From Lingula anatina (Eukaryota > Animalia > Brachiopoda), in contig CM120642.1 in NCBI GenBank assembly GCA_051362555.1, positions 12,090,001 through 12,154,000 of the forward strand: a stretch of DNA of 64,000 nt, given 5' to 3'. Of the stretch, positions 40,601-49,221 are shown in pieces. The translations under genes and the position numbers were made by a program. Numbering within the stretch: position 1 is the first letter of the stretch; each line of letters begins with the position of its first letter. The notes below the pieces were generated by a model. That model saw only the letters and a list, made by a program, of their open reading frames with translations. It did not search any database and was not told the origin of the DNA.

Positions 40601-42997
40601 AGTTATTCAATACCAGAAATTTTATCACAAATGGAAATGACATTTCAAACTTTATTCTTCATTTGACCATGAGGTAATACATCACTAATTTCTTCAATAA
40701 TACTGCATTTAGTATAACCTTTGGCAGACTGGTTTAATCTTCATACTTCACTTTATATATATATATATATATGCAAATTTCAGTTTTCATACTATTTTCA
40801 TGTCTACAATAAACAAAATTTAAATGTGAAGAAATAACACTGACCAGCATAGCCATGGTGCTGAAGTAACATTCCACATAGCCAAAACAAGAATTGATAA
40901 TAATATGTGCAACAAAATCATAACAATAATGGGATGCTTTCTCACGAAAAGTCAAGTATCCTGCCATTCAATAATTTTCACCTAAATTCATATGCTTCGC
41001 ACTTCAAAAGACATTGATTCTTGTCTTTCATTTTCACTAATTTTCTTTTTCATTTTCTAGAATTCTTCAATTGCCAAAGTGGAAAAGGCAAACATCTGGT
41101 GTTGTACAGAAAAATCTGATAATCACAGACTTCAGTCTAGCACTTGGAGCTGTGCATGTAACCATTGTTTAAATATTATTATTATTATTCATTTGTAATT
41201 TTGTAAACTATGTCCTCAGTTTTTTTGATCTGGGAGATGATCTGGGAGAGGCTCTGCTGCACTCATCAAAAAAAAAAAAAAAGATCTTGGTTTTCTCCCA
41301 AATATTCTATGTTTACAGTTATTATATATTTAAGTATACAGTTACAACCTCACTTTCTTTATATCTTTCTCCCAATCAGTTTTAAACTATAGAGGATATA
41401 GTCAGATGGATAACCACAAGTTAATCACCTTGTGTATTAATATAAGGAAAGTTCGAATTGGTATGGATACAGCTGGGAAGTTACACAAACCTGTCCAATT
41501 AGTCCAAACATAACTACTCGTAAATACATCATCTGAAACAAGCAAAGACTTTTTTAAGCTATACAAAAGCATCTTGCTATCGTCATATTTCATGTACCAA
41601 AACAAATTGATCAGCAAAATATGAACAGTAGCTAAATGTTGATAACACCTCCACCACAACTTGCTCTGTTCCTTTTAGATTCTGTTCCATTCTCATTAGA
41701 AATCAATTACCTGTAGTCTTGTAGACTTACCCATGGTGTATGAGAAGTTTTATATGTCAGGCAACCAATGTAACTTTATCAGTCTACAAGCCTAAAAAGT
41801 GTGCTACATAGAATTGCGTTTCTAATCATTTCTGAAAGGATTGGGTTGATTTCAGCATGTATTTGCTATGTTATCTTGTGGTTTTGAATGCTTATTAATT
41901 GTGATAACAAGTCCTTCAAAAGCAACTGTTATTGATGGGTCATTTACAATATCTTCATATGATATTAAACATCTGGTAAAATATTGCAATAATTGAAACA
42001 AAAATCGTGCCTACTACAAAAATGTAACAGACATTTGCTAAATCATTCTTATCAAATTCTTAATCGCATATTCTGCTTTACGTACTGTATTTACTGATCA
42101 AAACACCATTGGAAGTCTGTCTGTACAGTACATGTTAGTGCTAGTATCTGACACTGCATGCAATCTCTCTGTATGCAACCCACAAGTCCACATATAAAGG
42201 AAACCATGATATAAACTTACCAATTCTAGTTGCATTATTTTCAATATGAAAAAATGATGAAGATATCAAACTACATTACAGCACTGTGAGTCCTGGGCAT
42301 CAGGGACCCTGTGATGTCTGTGTTGGCCCAATGTGTTTTCAATGAGGGTATGAATGAATCTAATGAGGTGCTGACCTTTCAACAGAAATTTTTAAGATTG
42401 GTCACTTAACTAATGGGCATGGTCTTCTCTCAAACAAAATGTTATGAGCAAAACAACTGCTTCTGCAAGTCAGACGATTTCAACTTACACGTGTGTACAT
42501 TGTACATACTGTATATATGTAACAGCAGCATGCACTGTACTGTGCATCATCTTACTAGAAACTGTATCACTGCCTCATCATTACCACAGCTTCTATAGAG
42601 GATGTACAAACTGTTTGCATTTTATAAAGGATGAAATATATCACACGGCAAGGTGTCAGGTTGACATATTTTACTGTGCTTTAATTAAGGTTGTGCATGA
42701 TATTTGGTAATTCTAAAACAAAACAACGACAAAACATAAAAACGTGAAGTTTCACACTGTCACACGTACAGTCTGTGCTTAGTTATACATCAGAATGTTA
42801 CCACATCATGATTTGGCGAGTTGTCATATCGACTGCATCTGGGCAGACCATAAGCTGATATCTTGACAGATGAAATAGGCTACGAGAGACAGATACTGGG
42901 GTGCAGTGCCTGTAGTAATGCACTAACTTCACCTGGAATTTCTGAATATGACTTACGAATCGAATGATGTCTGCGACGATTTCTTCCCGTAATTCAT
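12856..42997 (-). CDS. Clock: Circadian bHLH-PAS transcription factor CLOCK (CLOCK/NPAS2 family); 15 coding exons, 922 aa as reconstructed
   Basis: join(42957-42997,20641-20688,19571-19719,19222-19313,18214-18303,17805-17925,17536-17655,17023-17206,16799-16905,16331-16478,15997-16082,15428-15672,14926-15060,14229-14406,12856-13880); all GT-AG and phase-consistent, 2769 nt. Diagnostic motifs [55 protein letters not shown]. Confidence 0.93.
13168..13275 (-). repeat. Coding trinucleotide repeat, Q36 (31 CAA + 5 CAG)
   Basis: Counted from sequence; plus strand (TTG)3(CTG)2(TTG)5(CTG)(TTG)15(CTG)2(TTG)8. Confidence 0.95.
14229..14406 (-). CDS. Clock: Clock exon 14: coiled coil resembling mouse exon 19 (delta19 region)
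   Basis: [37 protein letters not shown]; cag| acceptor and |GTAAGC donor. Confidence 0.88.
14926..15060 (-). CDS. Clock: Clock exon 13 (S/T-rich)
   Basis: tttcag|[20 protein letters not shown]|GTACAA; 135 nt, phase 0/0. Confidence 0.8.
15428..15672 (-). CDS. Clock: Clock exon 12 (Ser-rich)
   Basis: [20 protein letters not shown]|GTGAGT; phases match neighbours. Confidence 0.82.
15997..16082 (-). CDS. Clock: Clock exon 11
   Basis: [11 protein letters not shown].. (compare CLOCK SYAEVRAE); ttcag| acceptor and |GTTAGT donor. Confidence 0.88.
16331..16478 (-). CDS. Clock: Clock exon 10 (PAS-B/PAC)
   Basis: [49 protein letters not shown]; |GTAAGG donor. Confidence 0.96.
16799..16905 (-). CDS. 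Clock: Clock exon 9 (PAS-B)
   Basis: [35 protein letters not shown]; |GTAAGT donor. Confidence 0.96.
17023..17206 (-). CDS. Clock: Clock exon 8 (PAS-A end, linker, PAS-B start)
   Basis: [33 protein letters not shown]; alternative in-frame acceptor gives start 17197. Confidence 0.93.
17536..17655 (-). CDS. Clock: Clock exon 7 (PAS-A)
   Basis: [35 protein letters not shown]. Confidence 0.92.
17805..17925 (-). CDS. Clock: Clock exon 6 (PAS-A)
   Basis: [25 protein letters not shown]; ttctag| acceptor and |GTTTGT donor. Confidence 0.9.
18214..18303 (-). CDS. Clock: Clock exon 5 (PAS-A start)
   Basis: [30 protein letters not shown]; |GTAAGT donor. Confidence 0.95.
19222..19313 (-). CDS. Clock: Clock exon 4
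   Basis: [31 protein letters not shown]; |GTAAGT donor. Confidence 0.95.
19571..19719 (-). CDS. Clock: Clock exon 3 (bHLH)
   Basis: [49 protein letters not shown]. Confidence 0.97.
20025..20341. mobile_element. Fold-back MITE with ~108-bp TIRs, CAGGCC ends and 5-bp AAATA flanking repeat, in Clock intron 2
   Basis: CAGGCCTACCCAACTACCAGACTCGGCACCGAATGATCC.. mirrored almost perfectly at the right end. Confidence 0.88.
20641..20688 (-). CDS. Clock: Clock exon 2 (acidic segment before bHLH)
   Basis: ttgcag|[18 protein letters not shown]|GTAATA; phase 2/2, joins as ..NIKR-KSRN..; resembles the vertebrate EEDDKDKAKR segment. Confidence 0.9.
20725..21061 (-). mobile_element. 337-bp TTAA MITE (Kolobok/T2-like), copy 2, inverted
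   Basis: TTAA|AGCAATAATAACTCTTCGT..ACGAAGAGTTATTATCCCT|TTAA; same length as 5204-5540. Confidence 0.88.
23091..23390. promoter_or_regulatory. Candidate intronic enhancer (palindrome, E-box, D-box-like sites) in Clock intron 1
   Basis: 20-bp palindrome ATCTGCACGCGCGTGCAGAT 23091-23110, CACGTG 23160-23165, GTTATGCAAC 23176-23185, GTTATGCAA 23361-23369; locally GC/CpG-richer. Confidence 0.4.
30540..31103. mobile_element. Fold-back MITE, PIF/Harbinger-like (GGC termini, 3-bp flank repeat)
   Basis: GGCAGCATTCACATC..GATGTGAATGCAGCC; ~190-bp imperfect arms; AAA on both sides. Confidence 0.85.
35495..35698. mobile_element. Degenerate hairpin MITE sharing the GGCTGCATTCACA terminus
   Basis: GGCCACATTCACAAC..GTTGTGAATGCAGCC; imperfect inverted arms over nearly the whole length. 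Confidence 0.75.
38696..38864 (+). mobile_element. 169-bp CAGGCC-ended MITE with 5-bp TSD (hAT5-like)
   Basis: GGGTG|CAGGCCCGTAGCCAG..CTGGCTATGGGCCTG|GGGTG. Confidence 0.85.
42957..42997 (-). CDS. Clock: Candidate Clock first coding exon ([14 protein letters not shown])
   Basis: AACATG start, TC|GTAAGT donor, phase 2 matches exon 2; CpG-richer surroundings. Link across the 22-kb intron is inferred. Confidence 0.65.
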
Positions 42998-43079
42998 GTT
43001 TTATGCTATTCCCGATGAGAACACACTAAAGTTATCGCAACCATGTCCATTGATAGTCTCCTAAAGCCCTTCGTCGTCG

Positions 43080-43350
43080 ACTCACGTAGAAAGCAGCATA
43101 TCTTACAGTTCACGTCTACACCGTTATCTTGAGCCATGTTTATATCTTGTCACGACAAACCAAAACTAGGTCATACGTTAAATACTAAATAAAATACAGA
43201 TTGCTTCCAAATCATATTTTCATTTTACATCAGAAAACAATAATATATACTGATTGCAGGATTGTTATATATTTCTTTTTTATGATTACGTATTTTTCTG
43301 TATTTAATGAATTAATCAGTTCGTGTGGGATGTCATAGTTTATGTAACTT
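43080..43350 (-). promoter_or_regulatory. Candidate Clock promoter with RORE and V/P (D) box
   Basis: AAACTAGGTCA 43163-43173 matches WAWNTRGGTCA; TTATGTAA 43340-43347; E-box-like CACGTA 43083 and CACGTC 43111. Confidence 0.55.
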
Positions 43351-43740
43351 ATGAATGAAAGGTGAAGGTCGTTTCCCAAGACCTGTCTTGATTAGCGGAG
43401 GTAGCTTATACAGTTTTATATACATGTGCAGGGGTACATGTATATATGATGGATCCTAGTTTTAAACAATCATTTAACTACATGATGAGTGGCAAATAAC
43501 ATTTATTATTCTACCCGGTTGGTCATGATATGTCGGGTTTTGACTGAATATCAAAGCGAGTAGGCCTACCTAGACTGTATACCTTGTGCAGAATACACCG
43601 GGACAGTACAGTATTACTGTACCAGGTACCGGTACATGTACATGTAGACTATAACTTGAGCAAAATGTTCATTAGCTTGGTAGTTGGATCATATATGAAA
43701 ATTATCAAACACCTTACATTTATAAGGGGACCCTGACCCA

Positions 43741-43759
43741 CTATGCCACCTAGCGGTCA
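43741..43759. promoter_or_regulatory. CTCF-like motif
   Basis: CTATGCCACCTAGCGGTCA resembles the CTCF core (GCCMYCTRGYGG) by eye. Confidence 0.45.
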
Positions 43760-46510
43760 GTGAGTAACAACGTACATCTAGACCTACTGGTAGGCCTATC
43801 TCACTTCAGGTTTGGCGTAACAGTAAGAAAGTTTTTCGGCTTGTGTTTGATTATTTTTACATATGGTATAAAACTTGGTATAAGGAGCTGAAACCTTTAG
43901 GTCCAACGGATTCTGAAGTGAAGACGCAATTAATGTAGGCCTACTTGTAGGCTACATGTTGGTTATGACCAGCACACCGAGCTTCGAGTTGTGGCATGAT
44001 TTTGAGTATATAGGGCCTATTTAGCTATCTTTCAAATAAACTTTTTACACAAGTTTCTTAAAAACCAAATATAAAACCCATCTGTTTTTAGTGATTTTTC
44101 TCCAAAATACTAAAACCCAAGTAGCAGCTCTGATAATAGAGATGGCCTAATTTGGTTTTTGTAATTTGTTTTTAAGATGTAGCCTATAAGCATCTTTTTA
44201 GGTGGTTTTGACACGGTTTTGGGGAAAAAGGTTATCTAAGGACCCCCCCCCCCCCTACTATATGCCTTTAATAAGCTTGTAGCCTACCATTGGCATATAA
44301 TGATACAACCGGCTAATTTTGACAAACAGCAAGATTCTAACTATTAGGCCGACTTAATGTAAGCATAACAGAGTAGGCTATATTGTTAGAAGTAGCTCAG
44401 ACAGCGAACAATGCATATGTTAAAATGTAACGTTGTAAAAGTTGAATAAATTATTATTATTATTATTGTAATTGGTTTTCTGTCATGCCTTAGCTGCTTG
44501 ACCGCCAAAATGTCGGACATGTATAGGGCCTATACACCTGCACTAGTAGGCCTACGGGTAGGCCTACTTGAAGCAGTTAAAACCCAGTAGCCTACACTGT
44601 AGGCCTATCCACCTATCCTTTTTTCGATTTGCCTAAAGTTTCTATGATATGTCGAATTTGCCCAAGGTATGGTATGTCGGTGGTGAAATCACCAAGTGTA
44701 TTTATATTTTGTGTTACGGATTCTGCCCGGATAATCTCGATCTAGTAATGAACGGATTTTCTGGATTTTCAGTTCTAATCGCACGTTCAGTGCTCAGTCT
44801 CACTTTCACATAGGCCAATTAGATACAATCAGAAAAGGCACAAGCATTACGATCAACACGCACAAATCTAAAGGCATGCAACCACAAAATTATTGTAAAC
44901 TTAGAAGACAATAAATTATTATGATAATAATCGTAGAAAAATGATTGATTAAAAAGTATAATCACAGACGCGCGCACACACACACACACATTAGGCCTAA
45001 AAGTGATAACAACAGGATACAATTAAAGGACGATCGAGTTCAAATGATCATAAAAAATTATGGCAGATTAAATGGTGTATATAGGCCTACATGTATACTG
45101 ATCGCATCTAACAAGCAGAAAATGGAATCGATCCAGCAGCTCTATGTAGCGTGAGTTAATGGTGTCACGAAAATTATGTTTAGGAATCTTGCCTTTACCA
45201 CCGAACAATATGTTTTGAAGAAAAAAAACCAATAACTTAATATTGTGAAAAGTTTCCTACATTGGAAGTCAATCCCAGATGGTAGAAATGTCGATATGCT
45301 GAGTCGGGTCAAAAACTGATCAATAGAATTTGTTTGGGTAGTGTTTTGCATGATTGGGAAATGTTGAAAACCCGAACAAGTGTATTCTTCACCCTAATGT
45401 TTACAGTTATTGGTGGTGATATTTATACAGAATCAATACAAAGAATAAAAGAAGTATGCGAGTAATCTTTAGAGTTATTGTATATGACATAAGAATGCCA
45501 CGCTTCAAGAGACTAAACTTCAGAGAGAGAGAGAGAGAGAGAAAAATCGTGATTACTCACGTAGGCTCAAAACGCCTATAGAAATAATGAAAATAATTTT
45601 CATTCAGAACAGAACAGTACATTCTGAAAAAAAAATATATCGCACGCACACACGCATTCTAAAAAGGGTGAATAACGTGATTTCAAGTGGCATCGCAAAT
45701 AAAAAGTAATCAAAAAGCGTTTCATGAGGTATGTCTCGACTATAATCTCTGTTTTTTCCTCAGGTCTTTGTCATCTTTGTCAGTTTCATTAATTATAGTA
45801 ATCAAAAAATTTTCTAACCCTTTCCTATTTCCATGGATTTTACGATTCTTATTCTACCACAAAATCGGCTCCCATTGTTTTTATCTAAGAAGAGGAAGGC
45901 AGGTTCAAGTAGTTTAATATGGCATGTGATTTGTCTATATTCAGATAATTCAGGTGATTGCTTGCTACTGATGTTACACAAAAGTGCAGGGTTTACATGG
46001 AAAGTAACGTGACACGTGGCGCCCACTTCTTCGTGACTTGTGCGATACCTGCTCGACTTGAGGGATAAAACATTTAAATAGTAGAGTTCATTTAACAGCG
46101 TTTGTATTTTTAAGTAGGTTATTTGACATGCACTTCAGATTCTTGGTAAAATTGATATGCCGAAATTGGCTGCAATGTATCAATAGGCCAAATATGTTGA
46201 ATAGGAAATTACAAAATATCGGTGCTTGCGACCTTTTTGCAACCTTTTTTCAACCACAAAATCTGGCGGTCGCTTGCAATCACTTTGCAAGCTAATTAAG
46301 AAGCTGTGGCCAATTTTGATCGGCAAGCAGTCGCAAACCGGTATGGTATCTGCAACCTCTTATAGACCATCTTCAATTTATAGGTTACCAGTCCCACACT
46401 GTTTGCCGAGCGATACACAACCTGTCTGCAACCACTCGGTGACCGAAAACCGGTTGCAGGACTGTAGCAATCGCTTGTCAACTGGCAGCAGCAAGGTCGC
46501 ACAGAACATA

Positions 46511-47412
46511 TACTGAACAAAAATATAAATGCACGAAACTAAAATGGTCAGTTAAAATGGATAATTATGAAATATGCCAAAGTTGATGGTTTATTTGTGA
46601 ATTGATGGATTTGTATTGATCAAGTATAGTGGTCTGGCTTCACTTGGATGCTCCCCGTGAGTATACTGAAAGGTTTAGTTTTTCCACCCATAAGACTAAT
46701 GGAGCATGACCAAGTGGAGGTCAATCTGCATGACCAATACACAGACACTCCTTACAGTCTATGCAACAAAAGGACACACCAAAATGTGCATTTCTGTCAC
46801 TTATCAACATGCCACAGATGTCTGAAATCATGAGGGAGCATTGCATCGGCATGCTCAATGCTGGCTTGTTGGTAACAGAAGTTGCAGCATGCCTGAATGT
46901 GCATCATTCCACTGTCAGCCGTCTGAGAACACGCTTCAGAGACACTGATAGCATTAGGAACCGCCCACATATCCGCCAACCATGTGTTACCACACCCAAT
47001 ATGTCGCTCATCGAACACCTGTGGGATGTTCTGGATCAGCGTTTTCGTCATCATGTTCCAGCTCCCGAGAATGTTCGCCAACTGCCAGTAGCACTCCAGA
47101 AGGAATGGGATAATATCCCTCAGGCCACTATTGACAACTTGGTGATGCCCATGCGCTGCCAGTGTACTGCTCTGTGCGAAGCTGATGGTGGCCATACTTG
47201 TTATTAGTGTCTGATGTGAACTCAGGACGTTGACCCCCATGGTGTAGTTGATGCCTTAACTCTTGGACTATGCATTTAAACTTACCTTAATGCTCTCAAA
47301 GTGATGTCTATTTGTTGAGGAAAATAGGCTGTTAATGTTGGCCATATACTCTAATTCCATACATGAAAAGAAATCAACATATTCTTTCGTGCGTTTATAT
47401 TTTTGTTCAGTA
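46511..47412 (+). mobile_element. Tc1/mariner element (902 bp, internally deleted) nested in the Harbinger element
   Basis: TA|TACTGAACAAAAATATAAATGCACGAAA..TTTCGTGCGTTTATATTTTTGTTCAGTA|TA. Confidence 0.92.
46809..47207 (+). pseudogene. Internally deleted Tc1 transposase (132-aa open frame)
   Basis: N-terminal HTH (IGMLNAG..VAACLNVHHSTVSRL..RP..P.VTTP) fused directly to C-terminal NMSLIEHLWDVL..LQKEWDNIPQ..DGGHTCY. Confidence 0.88.
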
Positions 47413-47559
47413 TATATGTTGCCAACTTGTGACAGTAGCTGCTTTCCCATAAATTCCCCTCTCAAAAGACAAAAATGTTGTAGTAAAACGACTCCTTTTC
47501 AAAAAGACGGGACTGCTATAATCATTGACTTTGTTTACCTAAGAAGTAAAACGAGTAAA

Positions 47560-47738
47560 AAAACTCGAAAATACTGGGTGAACCCGTGGATTGCAAGACG
47601 CCCCTTGTAAGGCGATTACAAACATTTGATGAAAGAACTTCGACTTGAAAATCAGGAAGTTTTCATTTCCTTCCTAAAAATAGAATTAATAATGTTTTGT
47701 GAACTTTTGAAAAGACTACACCCTCACCTAACGAAACC
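47560..47738 (+). pseudogene. PIF/Harbinger transposase N-terminal remnant
   Basis: RKYWVNPWIARRPL*GDYKHLMKELRLENQEVFISFLKIELIMFCELLKRLHPHLTK matches the WVxPWxxRR..G.Y..LxxELR..F..LL pattern; internal stop. Confidence 0.75.
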
Positions 47739-49221
47739 AGTGCTGCAATAAAAACATAAACTTGCAAACGTTTTAATCCTTATTAATCTCATAATACTCT
47801 TTAATATTTTCTTGTTCAAATACTTGGTCTCTTTGAGGTCGCAAGGCCTGTGCAGTTACGGTCACACTGAACAAAAAACCTCTTTGCAACTTGCAACTGT
47901 CACCGGTTGCAAAAAGGTCGGCGACCGGTTGCAACAACTCGCAAAGTGGTTTCCAAATGAACGCTGGGTTAGTATCCGGTTGCGCCGGTTTTCGGTGCAG
48001 CACCGATAACCTCCTGGCGACCGAAACCTACTTGTGGTATCCAACCGGTTGCTAACAGGTCGCCGACTGCTTTGAAACTGATTTGCAACCGAATGTGTGG
48101 TTTTCCCTTTGTCTTTTTAACCCTAGGCGTTTGCCACTTACAATACAACGTAATTAAATCGTGACAAGTCATGCGCATCGTGTACTTTTTACATTCTCAT
48201 CCTTGTAGTGAGGATACCAAGCACTGGGAAGATGTTAAATTGTTTGTGTTGAAACTATTTTTATTTAAGTCTATTGGACACATTTTACGATTTGTTCAAT
48301 TATTTGTGGATAATTTTGATGTTGAAATTATGATATTAAATAGCAGTTATACCTTGTTGATTAAATTGCTTTTATTTTCCGTTTTCTCTGCATTCGTGTA
48401 TTTGTTTCATTGTTTACTCTGATAATATGGCTTTGCAAATTTTAAATAACATACAGCGATATATAATTGAGGTTTTCGGCATTTTACCTATGATTTTCGC
48501 AAAATGATAAAATATATAAACGTAGCGTCAAAAAATATAAATTGCTTTTATCATCACATTTTTTTTTTTTGGTTTCGTACGTGTGAAATACCTGGTAAAT
48601 GAAAGCCTCACAAATTTTAATATTTTAGAAAAAGAAAACATAAATTGCATTTGTTGGCAATATTTTATACCTGCGCGACCAAGATAAGACCAAGTGTAGT
48701 TCCCAGACGCCAGATGAAAAATAATTTGCCCGAATAGACCACCATCCTACGCCTATTTTATTGCAGTCGCTTGCAACCTTCCTGCGACATATTTTCGAAC
48801 GCCTGCAATCGGTAAAAAACCTGTTACCGACCAAGATACTAAAGACCGTCAATCGACTATGCAGTTACAACTGCAACCTTCTGGCGACCTGCTGCCGACT
48901 ACTTGCCACTGGTAAAAAACTTGTAAGCGACCAGTCGACTAAATACGGCCAATCGACCGTGCAGTTGCAAATGGTATGCTACTGGTTATAGCAACCTACT
49001 AACAACCAAGAAGAGACCGATAGGCAACCTTTAGGATACCGATAATTTTCATCATTAGTCGCACTGGTTGTCGGTGCACAAAAAATGGCTTTCGTGTGTC
49101 ACCGATCGCAGGCGACCAGTTAGCAACCTTATGCGACCAATTTAAAACCTATGGCAACCTCCTTGCGACTGACGATGCAAAGAGGTTGCCCAAAGGTTGC
49201 AAGCGCAGTGTGACCCAGGCT

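Larger units (their letters stand above)
46222..49221 (+). mobile_element. Decayed PIF/Harbinger-type DNA transposon with a truncated left TIR
   Basis: Right end ..CAGTGTGACCCAGGCT|TTA; left end matches the inner TIR (20/24); dense GCAACC/GCGACC subterminal motifs; transposase remnant at ~47560-47738. Confidence 0.72.

Noticed and set aside
21062-42950. Many 60-100 aa ORFs in Clock intron 1 as nested genes
   Set aside because: Low-complexity F/I/L/K-rich translations, no recognisable domains and no consistent exon chains; a small nested gene or ncRNA cannot be fully excluded.
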